A stretch of 24,790 bases of DNA from a virus (taxonomy: Duplodnaviria; Caudoviricetes). Within the stretch, counting starts at the first letter, position 1. Every line of letters starts with the position of its first letter. The notes under the pieces are model-generated. The model ran no database searches. It saw nothing but the letters and a program-made list of their open reading frames with translations, and had not been told where the DNA came from. The translations under genes were made by a program, and so were the position numbers. This document shows, piece after piece, positions 8,844 to 18,408 of the stretch. The stretch is from positions 1-24,790 of IMG/VR virus record IMGVR_UViG_3300031520_000176; one strand, 5' to 3'.

Positions 8844-9671
8844 ATGGCATGGCAGCCGCGCTGGCGGCACGTGAGCCAGTTGTTCCGGCACGCGGGCGAT
8901 GCGCCGGGGGCGTTGGAGGGGGCCAACGATTGTTTCGAGGCCAGTCTGGCGCGTTATCTGCGTGAGGTGAGCTACCCCTTCGCGGGAGACGATCCGGCGC
9001 TGGTGGCGGCGATGCGGCTGCTGGCGACGGGCCAGCCGGACCACGCCGGCCAGGGCTATACGTGGCTGGACCAGGCCGGGGGGGCGCTGACGGCGTTGGG
9101 GATCGGCTGGCGCTGGACGTCGAGCCTGTCCGAGGCGCGGGCGGCGCCGTGGGCCATCTGCTGGGTGCGCGCGGCGCGGCTGCGCACGGCGACGCCCAAC
9201 CTGACCGACGGCCGGCGCGTCTACACCGACTACCCGTTGTGGTGGCTGGGTGGCGCGGACGAGCCTGACCACTTCATCCTGTGGTTGCCTGGCGGGGCCT
9301 TCAACGACCCGCTGTCGTATTGGAACGGCGGCCGGGACACGGTCTACACCGACACGAGCGTGGCCACGGCCTTTGCCGGCGCGTTCATCCTGGACAGCCT
9401 GCCGCAGGTGGTGCGGTCGGGTCCGGACCGTCGCCACGACGGCGGCAATACCCGCCCACAAAACGGTGGAACAACGCTGGTGGTGAGCTGTGCCGAGGGA
9501 CTGCGCCTGCGCGAGTCGCCCAGCGCGAGCGCGACCGTGCTGGCGACGCTGCCCGATGGCGAGGCGCTGCGCGACGCCTACGACAAAGAGTGCCTGTGGA
9601 CGTTCGTCTACGCCGGCGAACTCGGCCTGCACGGCTGGGTGCGCCGCGAGCTGACGCGAGTTGTCAGTTGA
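8844..9671 (+). CDS. Putative endolysin: C39-like cysteine peptidase plus C-terminal SH3b cell-wall-binding domain
   Basis: SQ...NDCFEASLA (Cys), DHFILW (His), NDPL (Asp) papain-like pattern; C-terminal GLRLRESPSASATVLATLPDG...W...GLHGWV is an SH3b signature; adjacent to a holin. Confidence 0.7.
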   Translation: MAWQPRWRHVSQLFRHAGDAPGALEGANDCFEASLARYLREVSYPFAGDDPALVAAMRLLATGQPDHAGQGYTWLDQAGGALTALGIGWRWTSSLSEARAAPWAICWVRAARLRTATPNLTDGRRVYTDYPLWWLGGADEPDHFILWLPGGAFNDPLSYWNGGRDTVYTDTSVATAFAGAFILDSLPQVVRSGPDRRHDGGNTRPQNGGTTLVVSCAEGLRLRESPSASATVLATLPDGEALRDAYDKECLWTFVYAGELGLHGWVRRELTRVVS

Positions 9672-9738
9672 CAGATGCCAGTTGCCAGAAGGACGTAGCC
9701 TCGTACCACTGGCAACTGACAACCGGCAACTGGCAACT
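9659..9738. repeat. Inverted heptamer cassette 2
   Basis: AGTTGTC AGTTGAC AGATGCC AGTTGCC (contains the TGA stop), about 20-nt spacer, ACTGGCA ACTGACA ACCGGCA ACTGGCA ACT, then SD GAGGAGG. Confidence 0.9.
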
Positions 9739-9755
9739 AGTGAGAGGAGGGATGC

Positions 9756-10271
9756 ATGCACGGCGACATAGTGCGGCAGGCGCTGCTTTTGGAGTATCAG
9801 GCGCTGGCGGTTGCGGGGGCGCCGCTGACCTCGTTGGCGGTGACGTGGGTGGTGCGGCAGGTGTTACTGCACCTGCGCGACCGGCGCGCCGCGGCCTACG
9901 CGGCGCGGCTGGTGGCGTGGGCGGAGCAAGCCATCCCGGCCAGGAGCGCGCGTTACGCCGAGGTGGCGGCGCTGCTCTCGCGGCGGTTCCCCATGTTCTC
10001 GGGGGAGCAACTGGAGGTGCTGATCGAGAGCGAGGTGCTGAGCCTCAAGACGGCGCTACGCTCGGCGCCAGCCGTCGCGGCGGCAGCGGCGGCGACAACG
10101 GAGACGACAGCGCGCCCGGCGACGGCAACGGCAACGGTGGCGGCAGCGGTCGCGGTCGCGGCGTCCGATCCCAGCCAGTCGCAGGCAGGGGCGTCCGACG
10201 CGACGCCCAGTTTTTCGGGGCAAGGACAGGGACAGGGGCAGCCTGGGCTGAGGCTGGGGGCAATGCCGTAG
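9756..10271 (+). CDS. Phage holin, LL-H family-like
   Basis: Single N-terminal hydrophobic segment, then LVAWAEQ...SGEQLEVLIESEVLSLK, matching the VxxAEQ...IExxV pattern of LL-H holins; Ala/Thr-rich tail. Confidence 0.7.
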   Translation: MHGDIVRQALLLEYQALAVAGAPLTSLAVTWVVRQVLLHLRDRRAAAYAARLVAWAEQAIPARSARYAEVAALLSRRFPMFSGEQLEVLIESEVLSLKTALRSAPAVAAAAAATTETTARPATATATVAAAVAVAASDPSQSQAGASDATPSFSGQGQGQGQPGLRLGAMP

Positions 10272-10308
10272 CGGCCGCAGCTGGAACAGCAAGGAGGCAG
10301 AGATAGAC

Positions 10309-10671
10309 GTGGACGCATCTATGAGAAGGGGTTTGGGCATACAGGGCTACGCGCTGCCCGACGACGGCAACGGCCAAGACGGCGCGGCGGCGTTGGCGGG
10401 CATGGGGACGATGCCGGCGCCGGTCGCGCTGCCTCGGGACGGGGACGGCCGCGTGGCGGACGCGAGTAGCGCCGCGGCGATTGCGGTGACGCAGCCGGCG
10501 TGGGGCTGGGGCCTGGCGCCAGCGGTGGGGCATGAGCCAGTCGACGGGTTGCTGACCGACCTGGAGACCGATGCGGGCGGCTACTGCGCCCGGCAGCAGA
10601 CGGCGGTGCGGCGCGATCAGGGCGAGCGCCTGGGCGACTACGGGCACTACGAGCCGCGGGCGTTCGTGTAG
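10309..10671 (+). CDS. Hypothetical protein (120 aa)
   Basis: GTG start after AAGGAGG; GC3-rich codons; lies in the operon. Confidence 0.65.
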   Translation: MDASMRRGLGIQGYALPDDGNGQDGAAALAGMGTMPAPVALPRDGDGRVADASSAAAIAVTQPAWGWGLAPAVGHEPVDGLLTDLETDAGGYCARQQTAVRRDQGERLGDYGHYEPRAFV

Positions 10672-10701
10672 CGTCGTCCACCGCGATGGACCTGCGACTG
10701 C

Positions 10702-10750
10702 CCGGCTAGACCGGCAGACCCGCGGCTAGGGTCTGGGGGCTAGTCCGCAT
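10702..10750. repeat. 49-bp hairpin element related to the 4801-4848 insert
   Basis: Core GACCC-GCGGCTA-GGGTC is identical to the reverse complement of the insert core; flanking stems differ by compensatory changes. Confidence 0.75.
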
Positions 10751-10810
10751 GTGTCGCACGGCAAACCACGGGCCGACCGCGGTCGGTTGTGGAACCTTGA
10801 AGCGCATCTT

Positions 10811-10851
10811 CTCCCCTCTCCCGCGCACGGGAGAGGGGCAGGGGGTGAGGG
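10811..10851. repeat. REP-like palindrome (CCCCTCTCCCGCGCACGGGAGAGGGG...GGGGTGAGGG)
   Basis: Same family as 2379-2536 and 4785-4873. Confidence 0.8.
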
Positions 10852-10892
10852 CTGCTCACGCATACATAGACCGACAAAGGAAAGACGAGACC

Positions 10893-11231
10893 ATGACGAT
10901 GAACGACCGGCCCAAGGGGGCGCCGATGATGAATGACAGGGCCTGGCACCCCGGCTATCCCGATCCGAGCGAGACGTACGAGCCGCGCGACGAGGGCACG
11001 GCTTACCCCGAGGATCGCTTCACAGCGATGATCAACGGCGCGCACGTCGACGGCCTGGCCACGCCGGCGCTGCACAGCTACGACGCCGACGGCAACATGG
11101 AGAGCTACCTGATCGCCGGACCGTACAGCGCGGCGAACGAGGCCTCGACGAACCTGGGCGCGTTCACCGGAGCGACGGGCCCCGGCGGGCACGTCACGCC
11201 GGAGGGCCGCCCGGAGGCTACCGCGCCATAA
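10893..11231 (+). CDS. Hypothetical protein (112 aa, acidic/Pro-rich), directly upstream of the capsid gene
   Basis: Start reassigned to ATG 10893 after AAAGGAAAG; the longer ORF from 10749 just reads through REP palindromes. Confidence 0.7.
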   Translation: MTMNDRPKGAPMMNDRAWHPGYPDPSETYEPRDEGTAYPEDRFTAMINGAHVDGLATPALHSYDADGNMESYLIAGPYSAANEASTNLGAFTGATGPGGHVTPEGRPEATAP

Positions 11232-11255
11232 CGGAGCAGAACGAGTGGTTAGTGG

Positions 11256-11317
11256 CGAGTAGGGGCGTATTGCATACGCCCGAGTGCGAGTAGGGGCGTA
11301 TTGCATACGCCCGAGTG
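11256..11317 (+). repeat. Tandem pair of GTAG-type REP sequences (2 x 31 bp)
   Basis: CGAGTAGGGGCGTATTGCATACGCCCGAGTG repeated exactly; GTAG tetranucleotide followed by the GGGCGTAT/ATACGCCC hairpin; abuts the capsid SD. Confidence 0.9.
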
Positions 11318-11330
11318 AGGAGGGAAGGCC

Positions 11331-13586
11331 GTGACGCGGGCGGATGGGAGTACGGGACGCCTGATCGTGCTGGCGGCGCTGACGGAGGCGACGCTGACAC
11401 CGGAGGAGCGGGCGGTGGAGGTGGTGTGCATCCGGCCGGGCCTCTCGAAGAACGGCAACTACTACGCGCCGGAGGTGGTGCGCGGGATGATGCCCTTGTT
11501 CGAGGGGGCGCGGGCCTTTGCCGACCACCCCGCGCCGGGCGAGCGGCCGGAGCGCAGCGTGCGCGACCTGGTCGGCTACTACAAGGCGCCGCGCATCGGG
11601 GACGACGGCGCGCTGCGGGCCACGCTCAAGGTGAGTAAGAACGCCGACTGGCTGTGGTCGCTGATCGAGGAATCGGTCACGGACGGGCACGAGCTGGTCG
11701 GGATTAGCATCGACGCCGACGGACGGGTCGCCCAGGGACGGGTCGACGGCAAGACGTGCCGGGTGGTGGAGGGCATCACAAAGCTCAATAGCTGCGACGT
11801 CGTCACCCGGGCCTCGGCGGGCGGCCGCATCGAGCGACTGTTGCAGGCCGACAACGGCAGCTGGTGGGACCACTACGAGCCGGACAACGAGCGCGGCGTT
11901 GGGATGCAAGACGCGGCCGCGGCCACGGGGCTGGGGATCGACCAGCTGCAGCGGCCCATCACGGGGCGGGACCTGGCCCACGAGGGGCCCTTTGGCGCGG
12001 GCATCGGGGCCGGTACCGGCCCGGTGCAGATGGGACCGACGGTGGCGTCAGACATCGCCGGCGGGCGCATCATGGCCGGCGGGACGTATATCACGGAAGC
12101 GGAACGGGAAGGGGGTAGGCACGTGGCGGATGAGGAGAAGGGAACGGGGACAGGGACGGCTGCAACGGCCCCGGGCGGCACGGGTGGCGCGAGCGCGGTG
12201 GTCGCGGCCGCGGCGATCGCGCCGACCGGTGTGGAGGTTGCCGCGTTGTTCGAGGCCGAGCGCACGGCGCTGCGTGAGGAATTACAGCAGGGTCGGCGGC
12301 TGATCGAGTGTGAGCGCACGCTGCTGCGCACGCTGAGTGGGGCGAGCCTGCCGACGGCGGTGACGACGCGGGTCGAGCGGCGTTTCAGCGGCCGCGTGTT
12401 CGAGGCGAGCGAGCTTGAGGCTGCGCTTGCGGATGAGCGAGCGTTGCTTGCCGAACTCACCGACGTGGGGCTGATCCGCGGCATGGGCTACGAGAAGCAG
12501 ATCCGGGTGGGCATGACCGAGGCCGAGCGGCTGCAGAAGGCCTTCGACCAGCTCTTCGAGCTTTACGAGGGCGAGCGCGTGCCTCAACTGGGCGGCATCC
12601 GCGAGGCCTACGTGGTGGCCACGGGCGACGCGGGCATCACCGGCGTGAGCGCGCCCGAGCGCTTGCGCGAGGCGGACATCACGACCGCGACGTCCAGCTA
12701 CCTGCTGGGCACCAGCATGAACAAGCGGCTGCTCAAGGATTATCAGGCGTGGCCGAGCGAGTGGCAGAAGTTCTGCACGGTGACGCCGATCAAAGACTTC
12801 AAGCAGCAGGACCGCATCCGCCTCGGCGCGTTCGGCAGCTTGAGCACCGTGCCCGAGGACACGGCGTACACGACGCTGACCCTGGCGGACACACGGGCGG
12901 TCTACGTGCCGGCGAAGCGCGGCAACCTGGTGCCGGTGACGCGGGAGACGATCGTGAACGACGACCTCTACGCCATCCGGCAGATCCCGGGCAAGCTGGC
13001 CGTAGCGGCGGCGTTCACCCTGGCCGAGTTCGTGTACGGCATCCTGACCGCGGCCGGGAACATCTACGACGGCAGCCCGCTGTTCACCAACGGCGGGGCG
13101 CACGGCAACAGCGCGGTGGTCACGCCGGGCACGCCGAACACCGGCGCGGCGCTGGCCAGCGGAGCGATGCAGACGGGCGTCACCAAGATGCGGCGGCAGA
13201 CCAACCTGGCGGGCAAGCCGATCGGGCTCAAGCCGCGCTACCTGCTGGCGCCGCCAGAGCTGGAATGGCAGGGCATGGTGGTCACCAAGTCGGCGGGCGC
13301 GCCGGGGGCGAACTACAATGACATCAACCCCATGCTGGGCTACGCCGAAGTGATCGTGGCACCGCAGCTGAGCTCGCCGACGGGCTGGTACCTGGCGGCG
13401 GACCCGCGCGTGATCGACACCATCGAAGTGGGCTTTGTGGGCGGGCAGATCAACCCGGTGCTGTTCATCCAGGACCAGCCCTTGTTCGGCTCGAACTTCA
13501 CGAACGACGTGATCACCTACAAGGTCAGGCACGAGTACGGCGGCGCGGTGGTGGACTACCGTGGCTTCTACCAGGGGAACAACTAG
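11331..13586 (+). CDS. Prohead protease-scaffold-major capsid fusion protein (HK97 fold, Mu gpT-like C-terminal domain)
   Basis: N-terminal [12 protein letters not shown]...AFADHP...RSVRDLVG...GISI protease motifs; helical middle; C-terminal MNKRLLKDY...IKDFK...[10 protein letters not shown]...[14 protein letters not shown]...WYLAADP...DTIEVGF...[18 protein letters not shown], typical of Mu-like capsids. Confidence 0.92.
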   Translation: MTRADGSTGRLIVLAALTEATLTPEERAVEVVCIRPGLSKNGNYYAPEVVRGMMPLFEGARAFADHPAPGERPERSVRDLVGYYKAPRIGDDGALRATLKVSKNADWLWSLIEESVTDGHELVGISIDADGRVAQGRVDGKTCRVVEGITKLNSCDVVTRASAGGRIERLLQADNGSWWDHYEPDNERGVGMQDAAAATGLGIDQLQRPITGRDLAHEGPFGAGIGAGTGPVQMGPTVASDIAGGRIMAGGTYITEAEREGGRHVADEEKGTGTGTAATAPGGTGGASAVVAAAAIAPTGVEVAALFEAERTALREELQQGRRLIECERTLLRTLSGASLPTAVTTRVERRFSGRVFEASELEAALADERALLAELTDVGLIRGMGYEKQIRVGMTEAERLQKAFDQLFELYEGERVPQLGGIREAYVVATGDAGITGVSAPERLREADITTATSSYLLGTSMNKRLLKDYQAWPSEWQKFCTVTPIKDFKQQDRIRLGAFGSLSTVPEDTAYTTLTLADTRAVYVPAKRGNLVPVTRETIVNDDLYAIRQIPGKLAVAAAFTLAEFVYGILTAAGNIYDGSPLFTNGGAHGNSAVVTPGTPNTGAALASGAMQTGVTKMRRQTNLAGKPIGLKPRYLLAPPELEWQGMVVTKSAGAPGANYNDINPMLGYAEVIVAPQLSSPTGWYLAADPRVIDTIEVGFVGGQINPVLFIQDQPLFGSNFTNDVITYKVRHEYGGAVVDYRGFYQGNN

Positions 13587-13790
13587 TGGGCAGTGGGCAG
13601 TGGGCAGTGGGCAGTGGGCAGTGGGCAGTGGGCAGTGGGCAGTGGGCAGTGAGCAGTGAGCAGTGAGCAGTGCGTGTGGGGTAGAAGAACTGTCCACTGT
13701 CCACTGTCCACTGTCCACTGTCCACTGTCCACTGTCCACTATGAACTGCGAGAAGAACTGTCCACTGTCCACTGTCTACTGTGAACTGCG
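13584..13790. repeat. Inverted heptamer cassette 3
   Basis: TAG stop then (AGTGGGC)x9 (AGTGAGC)x3; short spacer; (ACTGTCC)x7 plus a second AGAAGA-ACTGTCC...TGAACTGCGA block; then SD GGAG. Confidence 0.95.
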
Positions 13791-13804
13791 AACGGAGTGA
13801 GCGC

Positions 13805-14245
13805 ATGGCGTACATCGACGGGGCGGGGAACACGCTGACGGCGGCGGGTGAACCGCAGGAGATCGCGCTGCAGCCCGCGCCGGCGCTGACCGGGGGTGGG
13901 GCGGCCACGGACTATCCGTGTGTCGCCGTGCCCAGTGGGCGGTTCAAGACCGTGGCGTTGGTGGTCACGACGCCCATCACCTGGACCTCGGCGGGGCAGG
14001 TGACAGCGCAGCTCTACGCGGGACGGACGGCGGCGTCGGCGAGCGACGCCAACCACCCGCTGCGCGGCGCGCCGGTCAACGTGGGACCGAGCGGGACCAC
14101 GCTTCTGGCGGGGACGTACCTGCTGACACAGCAGGACATCGCGGACCTGCAGAGCTACCTGCCGTGCGTGGGGGTGCGGCTGGTGTTCCCGAGCGCGCCG
14201 ACGGCGGGCGCGGCGAGCGTCTACGTCGACGTTGCCGGCGATTAG
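13805..14245 (+). CDS. Hypothetical beta-rich protein, candidate capsid decoration/cement protein (146 aa)
   Basis: ATG 13805 after GGAGTGA; position immediately after the capsid gene; alternating beta-strand pattern. Confidence 0.55.
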   Translation: MAYIDGAGNTLTAAGEPQEIALQPAPALTGGGAATDYPCVAVPSGRFKTVALVVTTPITWTSAGQVTAQLYAGRTAASASDANHPLRGAPVNVGPSGTTLLAGTYLLTQQDIADLQSYLPCVGVRLVFPSAPTAGAASVYVDVAGD

Positions 14246-14362
14246 CGAGTGGCTAGTGATTAGTGGTTAGTGACGAGTGGGGTAAGTGGCTGAGCGATGA
14301 GTCGTTGGTGGGATGGAGCCTCCCAACGTCACTCGTCACTAGCCACTAGCCACTAATCACTC
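14243..14362. repeat. Inverted heptamer cassette 4
   Basis: TAG then AGTGGCT/AGTGATT/AGTGGTT/AGTGACG; right arm CGTCACT CGTCACT AGCCACT AGCCACT AATCACT, directly before SD AAGGAGG. Confidence 0.9.
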
Positions 14363-14376
14363 GAAGGAGGAGCGAG

Positions 14377-15528
14377 GTGCCACGGAACTACGGCGGAGCG
14401 GCGGCGGGCAGCGACCCGTTTGTTTTCTTACCGGACGGGGCGCTGGACCAGTGGATCGCGGCCAGGTCCGCGGCGCGGCTGTGCCCGGTGGCGTTCATCG
14501 GGGACAGCATCACGCGTGGGGCGTCGGCGACGGGGTTCAGCGACAACCACTTCGTGGCGTTGGTGACACGGGCGCTGCAGGCGCAGTTCGGCAACGCCGG
14601 CGAGGGGTTCCACGCCGTGAGCGACACGACCGACGCGGCCTACGCGGGGGCGACGAACTACTCGGCGAAGAGCCGGCCCTGCTGGAGCTTCGGGCCGGGC
14701 TGGAGCGGGTACTTCGCGTATGGGATGGCGGGGCAGGCGCACACGACGACGGCGGGGGCGGGCTCGTACGCGGTGGGCGCGTTCATCGGGACGGCGGTGG
14801 ACGTGTGGGTGGGGCAGAACGGGGGCGGCGGCGCCTTCAGCGTGCAGGTGGATGGCGTCACCTACGACGTGAACGGCGTGCAGGGCGGCGGCGGGGGGAA
14901 CCCGAGCTGCTACAACGGCAGCATCGTCAGCCCGGTCAAAGCGGTCTCGGTGAGCGGGCTCACGCCGGGAGCGCACACCATCACGCTGACCACGACGGCG
15001 GGCGGGACGCTGATCCTGCATGGGATCACGGCGTACAGCGGGCTGGGTCGGGGCATTCTGCCGTACCCGATGGGGTTCGCGGGGCGCGGGGTGTGGCAAA
15101 CGGCCGTGAACGACACGGCGGACACGCCAAAGGGCTCAATCGAATTCCTGCAGCCGCAGCCAAAGCTGGTGGTGTTCGGGCACATCGTGAACGACATGCA
15201 GCAGCAGATCGCCTACGACACGTTCGCGTGGCAAGCGCGGCGCTACTGCGACTCGGCGCGGGTGGCGGGGGCGTCGTTCGTGTTCCTGATCCCGTTCATC
15301 GGCCCCTTGGCGGGCAACTGGCTGAACACGAGCTACGCGCACCACTACGTGGACCGGATCTACAGCCTGGCGCGACGCTATGGGGCGGCGGTGCTGGACA
15401 TCAACGCGGCATGGGAGGCGCTGGGCGCGGCGGGATCGGCGGCGCTGACATTCGGCGGCGGCAACAGCCACCCCAATGACGCGGGACACGCGGACATCGC
15501 GGCGCGCCTAAGCGGATTGTTGATCTAA
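14377..15528 (+). CDS. SGNH/GDSL hydrolase with inserted jelly-roll/CBM-like domain; probable particle-associated esterase
   Basis: Block I FIGDSITRG, block II GFAG, block III IVND, block V SHPNDAGH; beta-sandwich insert (FSVQVDG...GAHTITLT). Confidence 0.8.
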   Translation: MPRNYGGAAAGSDPFVFLPDGALDQWIAARSAARLCPVAFIGDSITRGASATGFSDNHFVALVTRALQAQFGNAGEGFHAVSDTTDAAYAGATNYSAKSRPCWSFGPGWSGYFAYGMAGQAHTTTAGAGSYAVGAFIGTAVDVWVGQNGGGGAFSVQVDGVTYDVNGVQGGGGGNPSCYNGSIVSPVKAVSVSGLTPGAHTITLTTTAGGTLILHGITAYSGLGRGILPYPMGFAGRGVWQTAVNDTADTPKGSIEFLQPQPKLVVFGHIVNDMQQQIAYDTFAWQARRYCDSARVAGASFVFLIPFIGPLAGNWLNTSYAHHYVDRIYSLARRYGAAVLDINAAWEALGAAGSAALTFGGGNSHPNDAGHADIAARLSGLLI

Positions 15529-15541
15529 AGGGAGGCGTGCA

Positions 15542-15937
15542 ATGTATACGGGACCGGTGCTGCCGACGGCGCTGGAGGGGCTGCAGCTGGACTCGACGGC
15601 GCCGAACAACCAGCCGGCGCCGAACCCGTGCATCGCGGCCAACAGGCAGCTGTGCGTGGCGGGGCAGGCGTCGAACACGAGCGGCGGGAACGTGGCCAAT
15701 CAGCAGGTGGGAACGTTCAGCATCCCGGCGGGGACGGCGAGCGGCGGCACGGTGGCCGTGCCCAACACGCTGGTGGGCGCCAACTCGCTGGTGTTCCTGC
15801 AGCTGAGGGGGAACGGCGGCACGATCACCGCGGTGGGGGTGACGGTGCTGAGCGCGGGCACGGGGTTCACGGCGACGGTCTACGCAAGCGGCGCGACGAC
15901 GGCGGCGGTGGACTGCTGGTACTGGATCGTGAATTAG
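15542..15937 (+). CDS. Hypothetical fibre-tip-like beta protein (131 aa)
   Basis: SD AGGGAGG; C-terminal GTVAVPNTLVGANSLVFLQ...GTGFTAT...WYWIVN resembles phage fibre C-terminal domains. Confidence 0.55.
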   Translation: MYTGPVLPTALEGLQLDSTAPNNQPAPNPCIAANRQLCVAGQASNTSGGNVANQQVGTFSIPAGTASGGTVAVPNTLVGANSLVFLQLRGNGGTITAVGVTVLSAGTGFTATVYASGATTAAVDCWYWIVN

Positions 15938-16034
15938 TTGCCAGTGATCAGTTGCCAGTTCTTCGTGCTGAGCGACTCGCTCGCGAGGACGTCGACGGTT
16001 GTGACGGGCGACTGATCACTGGCAACTGGCAACT
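15935..16034. repeat. Inverted heptamer cassette 5
   Basis: TAGTTGCC AGTGATC AGTTGCC AGTT ... ACTGATC ACTGGCA ACTGGCA ACT, then SD GAAGGGGGAG. Confidence 0.9.
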
Positions 16035-16048
16035 CGAAGGGGGAGCTG

Positions 16049-16378
16049 ATGGCTGGACAGACACAGGACGCCAAGAAATTGGCGGCTGCCGCGGAGCATG
16101 ATGCGGCCGTCGTGGAGCGGGCCGGGAAGGGTGACGGCGACGAGACCCATTCCACTGACAACGGGCAACTGACAACGGGCGCCTCGGAAGACCTCGCGCT
16201 GTTCCGGCGGGCAGAGGCGGATCTGACGGCACTGCAGGATGAGGTACGTCGTCGGGCTGAGCAGCGGGGTCCGCATGGTCGGCGGCTGGCGCGGCTGGCC
16301 ACCGAGGTGGAGGACGCCCGGTTGCAGGCGCGCGAGGGTGTGCACGAAGCGCACTATGGTCAGGGACAGGGGACGTAG
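16049..16378 (+). CDS. Hypothetical helical/coiled-coil protein (109 aa)
   Basis: SD present; ends 9 nt before the next gene; heptad-like LALFRRAEADLTALQDEVRR segment. Confidence 0.65.
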   Translation: MAGQTQDAKKLAAAAEHDAAVVERAGKGDGDETHSTDNGQLTTGASEDLALFRRAEADLTALQDEVRRRAEQRGPHGRRLARLATEVEDARLQAREGVHEAHYGQGQGT

Positions 16379-16387
16379 GGAGGAGCC

Positions 16388-17500
16388 ATGACCCTCATCC
16401 TTGCCTATACGCCGGCGGGGGTACCCGGCGGGCATCCGACGCTGACCGAGGCGGTGGCCGACCTGCGGCAAGACCTGTCCGACTGCACGCAGGGGATCGG
16501 CCCCGCCGATGCGACGGCCGGGCTACCACCCCCGCCGCCGCGTTGGAGTGACGATGCGCTGGCGCGCGCGCTCGACCGGGCGGTGGACGAGTATTCGTTC
16601 GTGGCTCCGCTGGTGCGCAGCGTGATGACGGCGACGCTGCCAGGCGTCCGCGCCTACGGCCTGCCGGCGGACGCCTGGTGGATCGAGAGCGTGGAGTATC
16701 CCAGCGGGCTGTATCCGCCGCGGCTGGTCCCGTTTGAGGAGGTGGTGACGCCAAGTCTCGGCACGCCGGCCGCGCCCCTGGCCGCGGCAGCGGGCGTAGC
16801 CGGTCCGCTCGCCGGCTCGTACGTCTGGAGCGTGACGTTCGTTAAGAGCGGTGGCGAGACCGTGCCGGGGCCGGCGTCCGCGCCACTGGTCCTGTCGGGA
16901 GGAGCGGCCGCGCTGAGCGCGCTCCCACTTGGCCCGCCGGGCACGGTGGGACGCTGCATCTACCGCGCCACGGTCATGGCCACCGCGGGTGGGCCGGTGA
17001 CGGGGATGCCGCGGCTGGCCGGGCAGGTACTGGACAATACGACGATGTCGTGGACCGACGCGGTCCCCGACGACGCCCTGGGGGCAACGGCGCCGGGGAC
17101 CGACACCACGGCGAACCTCCCGCAGTTCGTGCTGCGCCTCGCCCCCGGTTATGTCCCCACCGACACGAGCGGCGTGCTCACCGTGACCTATGCGGCCAAG
17201 CACAGCCTCACTCCGGCAGGGACGAGTCTGCCCGAACGGCACCACGACGCGGTGCTGCTGGGTGCGGCCGCCTATGCCATGCTGGCCTACCAGGCGCCGA
17301 CCAACGATCTCTTCGAGTATCAGGATGGCGAACTGCACGACCGCGTGGACGAGCATACCGTCCCGGCCGCCTGGCTGGCGGCGGCAACGGCAATGCTGGC
17401 CCGCTTCACCGCCAGACTGGAAGACATCAAGCGGCAAAACAACGCCGGCATCGCCGCCGTGGCCCACTGGGGCGACGTGCCGGTGGCCTGGCAGAGGACG

Positions 17501-17503
<3 letters not shown>
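16388..17503 (+). CDS. Phage head-tail adaptor/neck-like protein with inserted beta-sandwich domain
   Basis: TLTEAVADLRQDLSD...RWSDDALARALDRAVDEYS...YGLPAD...VEYP and LPERHHDAVLLGAAAYA resemble adaptor proteins; central YVWSVTFV...GET...IYR...WTD is an FnIII-like insert. Confidence 0.6.
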
Positions 17504-17700
<197 letters not shown>

Positions 17701-17711
17701 TGGAGGGCATC

Positions 17712-18137
17712 ATGGGCGCGAACGTGGGCATCGATTGCCAGGTGGCGCTGGATGGGACGGGATATTGGGTCGCGGCGGGGAGCTACCGCGTGCACCGACC
17801 GCGCCTGCGCAAGGCAAGCGTGACCATGGGCGGCGCGGAGCGCTACACCGACGCGGGGCCCGGCAAGCGCGTGTGGCGGTTCACGGTGCTGGCGCTCGAC
17901 GCGTTGACGCGCTACGACGGCCAGCCGACGGGGATGGCCGGGCAGGAGTACCGCGACGCGTTGACTCTCTCGTATCAAAGGAGCGGTGCGCTGCCCTTCG
18001 TCGACCCGCACGGACAGAGCTGGAGCGTCCATTTCGACGACCTAGTCGAGGCCCTGCCCGACCTACGCATCGGCGCCGGCTTGGCCGGCTCGCCGGGAGC
18101 GACATACCTGCTAGAGGTGCAACTGGTGGAGGTATGA
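17712..18137 (+). CDS. Distal-tail (Dit) / tail-tube-fold-like protein (141 aa)
   Basis: GPGKRVWRFTV...LPFVDPHGQSWSVHF...YLLEVQLVEV pattern, size, and position before fibre and hub genes. Confidence 0.5.
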   Translation: MGANVGIDCQVALDGTGYWVAAGSYRVHRPRLRKASVTMGGAERYTDAGPGKRVWRFTVLALDALTRYDGQPTGMAGQEYRDALTLSYQRSGALPFVDPHGQSWSVHFDDLVEALPDLRIGAGLAGSPGATYLLEVQLVEV

Positions 18138-18392
18138 CGAGTTGCCAGTTGCCAGTTGCCAGTTGCCAGTTGCCAGTTGCCAGTTGCCAGTTGCCAGTTG
18201 CCAGTTGCCAGTTGCCAGTTGCCAGTTGCCAGTTGCCAGTTGCCAGTTGCCAGAAGGTGAGGATGACCGGCGATAGCTGCTACAAGCTGACTGCCGACGT
18301 GCAACCCTCGATGTCCTTAACTGACAACTGGCAACTGGCAACTGGCAACTGACAACTGGCAACTGACAACTGACAACTGGCAACTGACAACT
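18135..18392. repeat. Inverted heptamer cassette 7
   Basis: TGA, (AGTTGCC)x16 at 18140-18251; 68-nt spacer; ten ACTG(A/G)CA units at 18320-18392; then SD AAAGGAGG. Confidence 0.97.
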
Positions 18393-18408
18393 ATGAAAGG
18401 AGGATGCC

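Noticed and set aside
11331-13586. Encapsulin nanocompartment
   Set aside because: Fused prohead protease plus neighbouring neck, tail-tip and lysis genes indicate a virion-type capsid.
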